Source: Octopus sinensis
Lineage: Eukaryota
Direction of reading: 5' to 3'
DNA: 64,000 nt
Assembly: GCF_006345805.1 (NCBI RefSeq)
Contig: NC_042997.1
Location: 65,038,001-65,102,000 of the forward strand
The number at the start of each line of letters is the position of its first letter. Position 1 is the first letter of the stretch. This document shows positions 25,871-38,908 of this stretch, in pieces. Under the pieces are notes generated by a model. The model was not told the DNA's origin and did not search any database. It saw nothing but the letters and a program-made list of their open reading frames with translations. Both the position numbers and the translations under genes were made by a program.

Positions 25871-27723
25871 GGAGAACTTAAAATTGCCTTAATAATGTTA
25901 GATGACGCTACTCTTGAAAGATGCTTTCAATTTCTTACAACAGTTTATTGCACTTTATCAAACTATATTTTTGCCTTACCTGTGATTAGTTCACTCCAGA
26001 TGAGAGAAAATATAAATACAATCAACACCGATAGATTTAATGATGAAACATCAATGTGATCCCCAAAGAATTATAAGAATGTTCCAAATGTCTTGCTGAA
26101 TCGCTGAGCTAAGGTTAAAGATACTACTAAATTTATTTGACACTTCTTCCTTCTTCGCCTGACACCGGTTTATCAAAAATATTTTTTTAATTGAAAGACC
26201 GAACCACGATATACAATTCAACGTCGATACAATACAGTTGATAGTAAATAACTAAACAATAAAGTGGCACTTTGTACTTCATCTGTAGTATTGTGGACTG
26301 GACTTTTATAATATAACTGCCAATATTTCGCATATAATTCGACAAGATACATCAATATACGAATCATCAAATTTTTGACTGTGTCCGTTAGATTATCGAT
26401 TAGGTTACTTGCGACTACTACCTGCAGATATTATATAATGGATTGTGATTGCTGAACATACAGCATGGAATAAAATTGAATATAATATAACTTGAAAATA
26501 AAATAACTCTGCCTGTTGGAGTTTAAGTAGTTATGCTCCTGGGTCATATATCAATATCATATTTATATTGTTGAAGACTAATATATATGAACTAGAGTTA
26601 TTGTTTTAATCTAAATTAAGGGAAGAGAAGATTGGAGCAGATATGAGTAGTGGACGACCTATAATTACAAAACGGTTCAATTTTGTCTTTATCTTCTCAC
26701 GGTGCTTAGGTAAATATCATTAATTAATTGTAGCAATTATGCAATGCGAAACTCACGTCAGCATAGTGAAAGACAAACCTCATGAATTCTAAGCAGTGTC
26801 ACCCTATAGAAATCAGTTATCCGTTCTCGCTATCACTACAAATTAAACTACAGATCAGAAATTGAGTAACTTTTCATTGAATCCTATATTTTCTGAGTAT
26901 GAAAGATTTTGTAGATTCTTTAAAAAGATTGCTAATTCTTGCTTCCTTCTTCAAATAATTACGATAGCTCAGCACGATATTTAATTACGGCTCCTAATTT
27001 GGCACTGTCCTACCATGAGATTTTTGTATCTATATTGAATAACGTCGCAAGTAATTTTCTGCAATAGTGGTAATGCATTATTTCACTTATTGAGACGATA
27101 AATTGTGAATCTTGATTTGCAATAATTACAAAAAATATTTTCAGATCATTCATTATTCACCTAAAGGCAAAAATTTCGAATATGCTTTGCTATCTCCTAA
27201 CTTGCTTAAATTGGACGGCACACTCTAATAAACAACCCAGATATACGATGGCACATTGTCTCCAATAAAATTCCAATGATGTTTATTACAGTGAAAGTCT
27301 TTTTGTATGTACTGAAATATCACCTACTATTTCCCATATTCATAGCATTCTTATAGGCTGAAAATAGTATGTCTGATTGAATTTTTATCAAGAGGTTATC
27401 TAGTAGGACTATTGCTAATCAAAACTGAATAAAATATGAGTAGTTTGATAAGAACTACAGCTGAAAGAAATGTAAATAGTTATCCTGCGATTCATATTTT
27501 ATTTCTGGTAATAAATGTATAATTTATAGGAATTTATTTCAGTTCTGTCTCTCAATGTGTTGTCATATATGGCAATAACATTCAAGGAAAGACAGAAATC
27601 TTCGAAGGAAGAGGTATGAAACTAGGTTATAAGAGCGTAGGTTGAATCCGAATTAATTCCTATATAAAGCAAATTAGGTACCAACACAAAATGTATTTCC
27701 CACAAACACACACACGCACACGT

Positions 27724-27780
27724 GTGTATGTATGTATGTATGTATGTATGTATCTATCTATCTATCTAACTATCTATCTA

Positions 27781-27855
<75 letters not shown>

Positions 27856-27856
27856 T
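27724..27856. repeat. (TATG)n-(TATC)n-(TC)n-(TA)n compound microsatellite
   Basis: Direct reading. Confidence 0.9.
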
Positions 27857-28064
27857 ATGTGAAATAGAAAGATGAATAATCTTGTAGTAGATTAATCAAA
27901 AGTTTAACCGATACCTTAGTAGCAAAAATCACAGCAGTAAACAGCACGGTTGGAGGTACAACCATATGGTGTTGCAACCGTGCGTTGGTGCGGATAATTG
28001 AAATTAAAACATTATTGGTGAATTGAAGAAATGGAGCTGAACGCAGATTGAACAGAAATCGTTT

Positions 28065-28157
28065 TATTTCATTCTACACGTGTTTCGAAAGGCACAAATT
28101 ACCAAAATCCGATTGAATAATGGGACCATATTGTGTCTTTCTCTTCAGGAAGAAAAT
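28065..28157 (-). ncRNA. Mirror copy of the H2 hammerhead on the minus strand
   Basis: Left arm of the palindrome. It differs only by one base in the stem II loop. Confidence 0.8.
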
Positions 28158-28344
28158 AGGAAATCCGTTGGAAAAACAAAAACAGAACAGAGGCGGAGCA
28201 AAAACAAATCGAACTATGCTCCTAAGAGCCCATGGCGAAACTCTTCGCCATGGGCTCTTAGTTTCGCCATGGGCTCTTAGGAGCATAGTTCGATTTGTTT
28301 TTGCTCCGCCTCTGTTCTGTTTTTGTTTTTCCAACGGATTTCCT

Positions 28345-28437
28345 ATTTTCTTCCTGAAGAGAAAGACACAATATGGTCCCATTATTCATTCGGATTTTGG
28401 TAATTTGTGCCTTTCGAAACACGTGTAGAATGAAATA
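28345..28437 (+). ncRNA. Type I hammerhead ribozyme, canonical core (family H2)
   Basis: ATTTTCTTC-CTGAAGA(28354-60)-GAAAGACACAA..loop..TTGTGCCTTTC-GAAA(28416-19)-C-ACGT-GTA(28425-27)-GAATGAAAT. Stem II has 10/11 pairs with G10.1-C11.1, stem III is palindromic ACACGUGU, GUA triplet. Confidence 0.8.
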
Positions 28438-28491
28438 AAACGATTTCTGTTCAATCTGCGTTCAGCTCCATTTCTTCAATTCACCAATAAT

Positions 28492-28525
<34 letters not shown>

Positions 28526-29878
28526 ATTAGCGAAGATAGTTTTTAGTGCACTGCTGATTGCATTGTTAGGGACGGACATAAAGATAAATCTTTGGCATGA
28601 TAATTTCATCCTATAGCGGAGTCTGTAGGAGGAAATGTTTTTTTTTCTTTTTTTATGATTAAAATATTAGCAGCGCCCCGTATAAATCAAAAGAATATGT
28701 CTTTAAATCGCTGTTTAATACGATTATATTGGCATTTACTGAATACAAGAGGTAAATCAAGTAAAAAAGTATAAGTGGAAATCATACATTTAAGGAAATG
28801 TTTTCCTGAGTTTAATGGTACAATATTAAAAAAAAAAATGGTGTTTTTTTTTCTGGTTCCATGTGGATAATTAGCATGTGATGATACACAATGCCTTGAC
28901 TGTTCCGGTAAGAATAGGCTCTCCCGACTGTTCTATTTATGACTGAGAGGTAACACGATGGCTGCAGCCAGAACATTGCGAACTGGTTTATGGAAGGGAA
29001 GAATTTTCTTCGTATAGGAGAACTCATCTCTATGTTTGCAAAAAGTATCATTCTGCTCAACGGCCGGGCAGTGGTTTAAATCGTCTAAGAGTTTAAATCT
29101 CCTATCCTAAGAAGCAGAAACCTCACTCCGACAGACGTTAAACCAGATCTAACAAATGCATCTAACAAAATAGAATGATCTGTTTCAAACAAAAGAGGGA
29201 TAATCAAATTCATATTGCATTAATAATGTGACTTAAATTAAGCGGTAAATGCCAGCCATCTTACGATCTAGAGTCTGCAGTCAAATTTATTTGATGCTAG
29301 TTCACTGTATTTATGTCGATAAGTGTAAAAGCGTATATCTTATATCCAGGCCTACAATCTTCTTCTCATGCATTCGAATATTGTAATTATGTAACTAGAC
29401 GCAAATATTACCCTGCATGTATTATTCTGCATGCTCAGCATTGTATTATTGTATATTTGCAATTAACACAAATCAAGAAAACTAGCTCATCTAATTATCA
29501 GTCCATCACGATTACACCAATCCGTGATGATGTTTATTTCCTTTGATTTGTGACTATACAACTGTATTGGATAATATCGCACATGCATATTAGTGCATAC
29601 ATGTAAAATTCCTGCTCCATGAAGAATTCTACAAACCAGCCGTAATTCTCACGATGCCAAATGTGCAGATAAATATTTTTACCTCTTATACATTCTGGCA
29701 TCTTTGGTTTGTTTGTTTTATTTTTGTTTTGATTTTTGTATAGAAGAGCTGATATAGTGCAAGAGAACCCGAGAATTAAAGTACTGCAAATTATATATAT
29801 TTGTGTTCTATAAAGAGATGAGGAATTATGTACATTATTTACATTTGACAGATATTTGTTTTCATCCTCTTTCTTGTT

Positions 29879-29924
29879 AGCACAACGTTTCGGCTGATAT
29901 ACCCTCCAGCCTTCATCAGGTGTC
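29879..29924 (-). ncRNA. Minimal hammerhead motif H1 (GUU site)
   Basis: Reverse complement reads GACAC-CTGATGA-A-GGCTG..CAGCC-GAAA-CGT-T-GTGCT. Stem II perfect, one mismatch in stem I. Confidence 0.65.
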
Positions 29925-30008
29925 TTGGGGAAATTTCGAACTTGGGTTGTTATTCCTAAGGTATTCTTCGATATTAGGAATAAGAACTCAGGTTTGAAAT
30001 TTCCCCAA

Positions 30009-30054
30009 GACACCTGATGAAGGGTGGAGGGTATATCAGCCGAAACGTTGTGTT
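30009..30054 (+). ncRNA. Minimal hammerhead motif H1 (GUU site)
   Basis: GACAC-CTGATGA-A-GGGTG..CAGCC-GAAA-CGT-T-GTGTT. One mismatch in stem II, stem III reduced to palindromic ACGU. Confidence 0.65.
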
Positions 30055-30921
30055 AACACGATACAAGATGTGGACAAATATCCGTCAAATATAAATAAAG
30101 TAAAGTATATATATTTGGGCCTATTTTTGTCTCAGTATTTTGATTTTATGCAACTTAGTTCTGTACCTCTAAATCAGGCAAAATCATGCTTTATAATATA
30201 TCTTTGATGTCGTAAGGAATACATTGCTCGCTTTCATTAGGTTAGACATGTTATCTTTTCTCTTTTCGCGCACTACTTCTTTACAACTTCTTCGAGATTT
30301 GTTGTTGATTTATCATTCCTCTTATTTCGAGGACTATATTAATAAGAGTTCTCTGCTTTTCCATTCTTTCAGTGTATCATAATGATTTCAGTTGTGAAAT
30401 TGCTACAAAGAGGAAAGAGGGACAGAAACTTTAACAATGTTTAGAAAGTAAAATTGGTGCTTCCAAAGATGAACTTCTTGGTGAATCAACAATGTATACT
30501 ATTATACAGAGCATATCAACTTTCTGCACAAAAAAAGTGAAATTACTGTAATGATTGCTAATGTACGACAAAGTGTGCATCAAAAAGTGAATGAAATTAT
30601 GATTAAAAATAATGTTGTCAGTTTTTGGGAAATAGTCTACGAAACAAATGTAATAAGATCAAATTGAAGGAAAACATTTTCTGGGAATTCTAGACAGTTT
30701 GGCAGGCTTAGAAAATAATATGGAATGCAAAACTTTTGAGTTATGGATTTCAGATCGAACGGACTATTGTGCGGAAGCTAGATATCTCACTGGATTTAAA
30801 CAAATCATTGAATGTAGTTTTATATTGATAAACGTATTATACGTGAAGATGAAGGGGGAAGAAAATAATTTGGAATATTTCTTTGGCAAAGAAAGAAAAT
30901 TTATAACGTACCTTCATTTTA

Positions 30922-31140
30922 TCTTTTATTTTTTTACTTGTTTCATTCCATAGACTGTGGCCATACTGGAGCATCACCTTGCTGGATTAAGTCGAACAAA
31001 TCAAGTCCAGGACATCTTTATTTCTAAGCCTTTTACTTATTCTATAGGCCTCTTTTTGTTGAACCGCTATTTCAATTTCACAGGTTTGCAAACGAGTCAA
31101 ATGTTGTTTGCAATCCGTGGTAGGTGACAAAACAAGCACA
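30922..31140 (-). mobile_element. SINE family A 3' half (diverged)
   Basis: TACTTGTTTCA...GGCCATACTGGAGCA...TACTTATTCTATAGGCCTCTTTT..GAACCGCTA. Confidence 0.7.
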
Positions 31141-31169
31141 AAGCATACCTTTAGCTATATACACACATG

Positions 31170-31203
<34 letters not shown>

Positions 31204-32002
31204 ATATATACACATACATATACATACACACACATATACATATATATATGTATATATATATACATATATATACATATATACATACATATATGCATACATA
31301 TATACATACATATATACACACATATATACATATATATATATTATATATTATATATATATATATATACAGTTACAAAATCTAGCACCATAGGTTAGAAAAA
31401 CTGCCACCATAAAACACATGTTAAAATTGCTACATACCAATCAAATTGATTATACAGCAATGAACCCCTGGACAGAAATATACCGAACAGCTATCTTTAC
31501 ATTTACCCACATTTTCTTATGAGCACAATAGACAAGATAGACAAATTTCGATCATAAAATTACTATGGTATGCAGACTAACAAAGCTCAACTTCCAAACA
31601 CAAGCGGGAAACACCCTAAATGATGCAAAAGTGAAACTGACCGACTACTTACATAATTTTGTGAACCCTTAAAGAATATCATTACAAATATGTAACACAC
31701 CCATTTACTTAGTTGTTAAATATTGGATTAAACTTTGAAACATTAAACTTTACATTGTCAAAGCAAAGAATAAAGCCCAACATAACCAAATTAACTAAAA
31801 TTACTGGCACTCCGCTCACCGAACATACTTTCAATACTTCCCTACATCCAAACACTAAAAAACAATCCCATGACCTGAAGCGTAAACACACCTAAATATA
31901 CACGTATGACATGAGTCAATCCAATGCCTCACACAAGAGAGAATATTCAATACTCTTAATCTACCCTTCCTTTCATTCGTTCCTCTTTCTCTTTGTCTCT
32001 GT

Positions 32003-32301
<299 letters not shown>

Positions 32302-32545
32302 CAGTTGCGGCCAAAACGTTCAGAACGGCATTGTTTTCGTCAGAAAAGTAAGTATAAGGTTTTATGAAAGTAGTTTTATATTCTATAATTTTCACAGACA
32401 ATAAATACAATATTAATTGTTATTGTCTGAGATTTTAGTGTAATTTGAGAGGATAATACAAAAGTTATGGGTGATTTAGTGATTTACTGCAAAATCCATG
32501 GCGGCCAAAATGATCAGAACGGTTGCTTTTACTCCGTGTTTTAGT
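32302..32545 (+). mobile_element. Solitary Tc1-type transposon end with IR/DR organisation
   Basis: TA|CAGTTGCGGCCAAAACGTTCAGAACGG, with an inner repeat GCGGCCAAAATGATCAGAACGG at ~32501. No opposite end seen. Confidence 0.6.
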
Positions 32546-32917
32546 TTATTTAACCGGAGAACTCTAATGTTTTGAATTTCTTTATATACCTACACATAAA
32601 TATGCACATAGACACTCGCATACATATGTGTGTGTTTGTGTGTTTCTGTGTGTGTGTGTGTGTGTGTGCACGTGCATATTTTAGCCTCCTAAAATATTTG
32701 TGATATGGTTTGCCTAGAGAGAACAAAAATACATTGTTAAAAAGAAATAGCTGCTTGTCCTCTTGCGATAAGTTGTATTCTATGATCATCTGCGTGATGT
32801 CTGTAGAAATTGTAAAGGTTAAACAGAAGCAGTTATATTTAAATTGTGTTGTTATTAATGACATTTAAATTGTATTACTGAAACTTCACATACACACATA
32901 TATACATACATACATCC

Positions 32918-32952
<35 letters not shown>

Positions 32953-33218
32953 ATGCTGTATAAGAATCTTTATATCTCGTCTAGCCGTTTTTCTCTTGTA
33001 TCAAGAGCATTCTATAAATTCTAGTTTCTGCTCCTTTGTTTCAAGCAAAAACAGGTAATATTCTTCCAGTCCCGTATCTGGAGATCAACCCTGTCAAGTA
33101 AGAAAGTACTCCACCTACTATTCATGCCATTTTTATCACATCGGGACAGTAGTGTAGAGACAGGGAAATAAAGAGTGAGATAAAGATTAATGTCGTACAT
33201 GCAGTCGCTGAGAAATTT

Positions 33219-33261
<43 letters not shown>

Positions 33262-33409
33262 GGGGAGAGAGAGGAGAGAGGGACACACAAACACTCTACT
33301 GTAAACAGATATACGACTGGCTTCAATGAGTTACCCCTCCTCAAATTCCTGACACACGTCTTACGTAATTATTATATTTTTGACGATTATGATAATTATT
33401 CCTTACCAT

Positions 33410-33794
33410 TATAAACACAAGGCTTGAAATTACGAGGAAGGGGAAAGTCGAACAGATTGACTCCAGTGTGCAACTGGTACTTGTTTTATCAATCCCCAAA
33501 GGATGAATGCCAAAGTCAACCTCGGCAGAATTTGAACTCAGAACCTAGCGGCAGACGAAATAACTATTTCTTTACTATCCACAATGGGCTACACACGGAG
33601 GGGACAAACAAGGACAGACAAACGGATTAAGTCGATTATATCGACCCCAGTTCGTAACTGGTACTTATTTAATCGACCCCGAAAGTATCAAAGGCAAAGT
33701 CGACCTCGGCGGAACTTGAACTCTGAACGTAACGGCAGTCGGAATACGGCTACGCATTTCGCCCGGCGTGCTGACGTTTCTGCCAGCTCGCTGC
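33410..33794 (-). mobile_element. SINE family B, dimeric copy
   Basis: Two bodies (CAAAGTC.ACCTCGGC.GAA.TTGAACTC) with the GGGGACAAACAAGGACAGACAAACGGATTAAGTCG linker. The head ends in CCAGCTCGC. Confidence 0.88.
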
Positions 33795-34179
33795 ATTGAT
33801 TACGATAAATGTGTATTTTAATTAAAATACATTTAATTACGAAATGCAACTGATTTGTAAAAGTAATTTGTAAAACATCTTTAACAGTAATATTACTATT
33901 TTTATTTTTTTTGTTTTTAATAGAAAAATAATTTCTATTTACATGTATTGATAGAATGTTGATAAATATTATTTATATTTAACTATAGTTTAAATGAAAT
34001 TATTCTGTACACTTTAAATACACTTCCTTTCAGTTCAGTTTTGCGAGTTGCTGGCAGTGTTCATAACTTTTCATTTACTTGTTTTTTAGTTTACTTCCCC
34101 TTTTCCTTGGTTGTTTATAAATATCGGAGTCATATTATACTTACTAGCTCTCTCTCTATATATATGTCTATATATATAT

Positions 34180-34268
<89 letters not shown>

Positions 34269-34449
34269 TTTCATCTTCTAACAATCAATACTAGTTCTTC
34301 TTTATATATAAGTAATGTAGACCCGTGAGATATAAATGGTTCACGATCTTTCTTAACCCAATATTTTCTATGTATCTTTGGTTGTTTACTTCAAATAATA
34401 CCATTGATATACATACTGCGTGGCGGTCTTACCACTGAAGATGTGTTTC

Positions 34450-34480
<31 letters not shown>

Positions 34481-34504
34481 TGTATGTATGTATGTATGTA
34501 TGTA

Positions 34505-34584
<80 letters not shown>

Positions 34585-36113
34585 GAGATATGCATTCATA
34601 CATAGACGTATATAGAAAATTGTACATTAATAAGCAGATAATTCTTGTGTTCCAAAACAACTAGAATTAATTTCTACATATCACAAATAGATCAAAACTA
34701 TTTCCATAACAGTGTTCAATATGGTAATGCGTAAAACTTGAGTGAATTTTGTTTTGCCACTGAAATAGACAAGATTGATATGTCCAATTGTTTCATGCTT
34801 TCAAGTTATCCTTTTATAGAATTAATGCAAGATTGTTGTGCCATATCTAGGCCACATGCTGGTGATACACAGCTGGATGAATTCATTGAGAAATGGAGAC
34901 TCATGTAATCTGCACATATTAATCAATTAATATTCAGGCAACTTTGTCCATATTGAGAACCTCACATGTTTTGCAGCCAGTAGTTACGTACACTCAGCAA
35001 TCAATTCAGAGGGAATACAGGTCTATTGCCGGTCCCTAAATATTTTCGAAAGTTTTATAGAACGATTTAATGTGTCTTCATTGTGCTACACAATCAATAT
35101 CATTAACTATCTTTACCCATCAAGTCTTAAACCATAATATCTACAAGCCCCTTTACAACTATTACGGGCATATTTAAAAACTTATTATTTCAAATTTTTA
35201 TTCTACATAATAATGACTAGTTTTAAGGTAGATGTCGACCCATTTCTGATGCTAATGTTGTATCGATGCACTTCGAAGATGCATTTTTATCATATATAAA
35301 TTCATTTGAGAGCTCATCAACTTTGAATGACTTGTCATATGATGTTGTTCATACGAATTTCAGTAAGAAATTCCGCAACATAACAGAAATAATCGACAGC
35401 CAACAAATGGTTTGGAATTAACAAGAGAAAACGTCAACTTTTTAGCGTTTTTTTTTTAAATGACTATTTAATCAAGTATATGCATATCCAAAATATATTT
35501 TGCTATTAGGGGAATCTAATGTATTTTTCACTGAGAATCACGCTCATTACAAAAGAAGGACAAATAAATCCATTTCTATTCATTTTATTTTCATTGCACA
35601 TTCCAGTGACATCTGACTAAGTATGAAAATCTTAACTTAGCTTTAAACTTGCAAAACAGACCAAGGTCATTTCGAGGGGAGTTTGTAATTACAGGTAGCT
35701 TTTATAAAAGCATTTTTGTCTTGTTTGTGGCATCACATTCTGGCAACCTAGCAACATAGTAAAGTACATTTCTCTGTTTCAAATCTAACTTCTTATCATA
35801 ATGTGATCATTTTGAATCTGGGAATTGGTAAGACGTTCTAGTAAAATTTTATTTATGGAAAATGCACTAAAAGGCTATTTTCATTTTCAGTTCAAAACAA
35901 GAAATAGTTATGTAAATTTCGCTAAAACCAAGATCCAAACTTCGGTTACTTAGAAAATTTTTTATCATTTACAGCATAGTTTCAATATTATCCTATAAAC
36001 GGAAAATACAATGTGGGATGTTCAGAAAAGTTATCAGGTAGGATATTAAGAAAATAATATTTATAGTAAGGTGTATTGATTTATTATAATATTTATAGTA
36101 TCTTAGGTAAAAT

Positions 36114-37608
36114 ATTGTTGTTGTTGTCGTTGGCATACTTTTTGTCTCTGGAGACAATGGAGTTGCGCATAAAGTAGTCTAGTCCGGCTTTTACATTTCA
36201 TGTCCTGATACATTTCCTGCTGTGGCTGTGTAGTCCTATCCTGGACAAACACTCCCTCTGGCAGGTACCGCAAATGTAGTGAAGACTGTTCCTGGCTGGT
36301 TGTAATGCCATAGTTTTTTGTTGACGTCTTTTCTTGTCTTTCCATTTCTCCTCTCTCTCTCTGTCACTCCTGTGTATTCCTTCTCCCACGGTACGTCGCC
36401 AGTCTCCACGGTTGCCGGCAACTGCCTCCCAACCGCGAATATTGATGTTGCAGGCCTTTATGTCCCTTTTGCAAACATCCTTGTAACGTAAGAGCGGTCT
36501 ACCCACAGACCTAGTACCCCTAGCAAGCTCTCCGTCGAGTATGCCCTTGGGGATTCTGCCATCTTTCATACGGCTAACATGCCCAAGCCATCTCATACGT
36601 CTTTGTGTGAGGAGTGCAAACATGCTTGGTATTCTTGCTTGCCTGAGGAGTCTCACTTCCATACAGTAGAGTGCTAAGTACACATGCCTGGTAGATCTTC
36701 ATTTTCGTGGTCTTGGTCAGCTTATTGTTGTCCCAAGCCCGTTTGGAGAGTTGGACCATCGCAGCAGCTACCTTGCGTATATTGAGCTCAGCGTATATTG
36801 AGCTCAGCGTCGAGGGATAGGTTGTAGGTGACGGTAGAGCCCAGATAGGTAAACTTCTCCACCTCTTGTAAACTGTGGTCTCCAATATGTATGTTTGGGA
36901 TGTCCGATGTAGCCTGGCCCATGATGTTGGTCTTCTTAAGGCTGATAGCTAAGCCAAAGTCGTTACATGCTTGCTCAAAACAGTTAATGAGCCTTTGGAG
37001 GGCTTCTTCTGTGTGTGATACCAGAGCGGCATCATCAGCAAATAGCATCTCCTTGATCAGGACGTTTCTGATTTTGGTCTTGGCACGCAGGCGCGAGAGA
37101 TTGAACAGTTTCCCGTCACTTCTACTGTGCAGAAACACTCCATCATCTGATGTCTGTAAGGCATGTGAGAGTAAGAGCGAGAAGAAGATGCCAAACAATG
37201 CAGGAGCGAGGACACAACCTTGCTTTACCCCGTTTTTTATTTGGAAGGCGGCTGATGTTGAACCGTTGTGCCTTATGGTGCCTTGATGATCCTCAGCAGC
37301 TTTGGTGGACATCCGATTTTTTGGAGCAGGGTGAAGAGGCCTGTTCTGCTTACCGAGTCAAAGGCCTATGTTAGATCAATGAAGGCCATATATAATAGCA
37401 TTCTCTGCTCTCTGGACTTCTCCTGAAGTTGGCGTATGGAGAATATCATATCGATAGTTGATCTGCTTCTTCTAAAGCCACACTGCTAATCCGGATAGAT
37501 TCGAGAAGCAAGTAGTTGTAGCCTGGCCAGGATAACGCGGGCAACGGTCTTTCCAACAGTGCTTAAAAGAGATATTCCACGGTAATTGTTACAATCACCA
37601 CGATCAAA
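36114..37608 (-). mobile_element. RTE-clade LINE, 5'-truncated and pseudogenised
   Basis: GDCNNYRGISLL, QCGFR, GVKQGCVLAP, MLFADDAAL, FTYLGS, RWLGHVSRM..GRIPK, C-terminal C2H2-like CGTCQRECLSRIGLHSHSRKC, (CAA)n-type tail at ~36115-36135. Stops, a 16-bp duplication and a deletion disrupt the frame. Confidence 0.93.
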
Positions 37609-38458
37609 ATATACAAAACATTTAAAAGTAGAGGACATCTATGATCGCTGGATCCTGATGTGCATTTCTGAAATGTTAGCATTTTGCAGAAAATACTTAT
37701 CATCCCATTAAAAAGTGACCCAAATTATTAATACAATTTCAAGTTACCGTCTTCACGCCTGTACACAATTAACCAATTTTGTTTGGGTTCATTAATGTAT
37801 GAACTGACCGCCTCTTGAAATTTGCAGGTGACATCGAAACTATTATTATGCGGTAGCAAATATGATGATACGTAACCCGATATTTTTGTATGCATCTATT
37901 CTCTATTTTCGCTATAAGATAGAAAAGAAGACTCAACATTTAGAGATACAGCTAGCACTTGAATGATCAAAAATATTGATTTTCACAATAGAAATGGGTC
38001 TAAAATGTGCAACTTACGTACAACTGAGAAATGCTCATCTTCGTTAACATCAACATTACCAATAATTATCTAAACTCTTATTTGCTATCATTTCCACAAG
38101 TAACATTTAGTATTTTTGAGGTGCAGATTAGATTTAGATTAAACTGACCTCTATTAACACATCATGTGTGCCCTATTTATTCATTTATTTTGGTGTGAAT
38201 TTTATCCACAATGCTTTTAACATTTCCGCCCTTCTATCCAATAGTTTCTTTTTTTCATAATCAATCAAGCATTTTCTCTTAAGCTGGTGATAGTTACGAT
38301 TCCATATTTTAATCTTTCAATGGCTTGACATTTCGGTCTAAATTTTGCAATGTGCCTGGAAAAACTACCCATCTCATCCAAGACAGTTTAATGAAGTCAC
38401 TCATTTTGTAACAATTTATCCACGACTCATAGGTATTGTTTTATACTCTTTATTCTTT

Positions 38459-38646
38459 ACTCTTTTAGTTGTTTCAGTCTTTTGGTTGCGGCCATGCTGG
38501 AACACCTCCTTTAGTGAAACAAATCGACCCCAAGACTTATTATTTCGAATTCTAGTACTTATTCTATCGATCTCTTTTGTCGAACCGCTAAGTTACGGGG
38601 ACGTAAACACACCACCATAGGTTGTCAAGGGATGTTGGGGGGACAA

Positions 38647-38729
<83 letters not shown>

Positions 38730-38908
38730 CATATATACATATATACGACGGGCTTCTTTCAGTTTCAGTCTTCCAAATCCACTCACAAGGCTTTGGTCGG
38801 CCCGAGGCTGCAGTAGAAGACACTTGCCCAAGGTGCCACGCAATGGCAATAAATTCGGAACCATGTGGTAGGTAAGCAAGCTACTTACCACACAGCCACT
38901 CCTATGCC
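38459..38908 (-). mobile_element. SINE family A, best-preserved copy, internal (CA)(TA)(GA) microsatellite
   Basis: Complete from the tRNA-like head (rev. GTGGCTGTGTGGTAAGTAGCTTGC..) to the tail (rev. ..CCAGCATGGCCGCAACCAAAAGACTGAAACAAC). Confidence 0.9.

Larger units (their letters stand above)
28011..28491. mobile_element. Fold-back element (230-bp arms, 1 mismatch) made of two inverted Penelope-like pLTR-type units
   Basis: 28011-28240 is the reverse complement of 28262-28491 except at one base. The centre duplicates TTCGCCATGGGCTCTTAG. Each arm carries a hammerhead motif followed by AATAAA. Confidence 0.8.
29824..30103. mobile_element. Fold-back element of two inverted Penelope-like pLTR units (hammerhead family H1)
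   Basis: Left arm (minus) and right arm (plus) both read ..GAAATTTCCCCAAGACACCTGATGAAGG.TGGAGGGTATATCAGCCGAAACGTTGTG.TAAC..CAAATATC.GTCAAAT.TAAATAA. The arms are diverged and the central spacer is short. Confidence 0.8.

Noticed and set aside
28074-28428. Two mirror 102-aa ORFs on opposite strands
   Set aside because: A by-product of the palindrome, with no recognisable domain.
31400-31960. A/C-rich LINE-like remnant (similar texture at 60480-60850)
   Set aside because: Compositional impression only, with no conserved RT/EN motif.
35740-35760. RFX X-box-like GGCAACCTAGCAAC
   Set aside because: Imperfect match with no gene or promoter context. Expected by chance in 64 kb.
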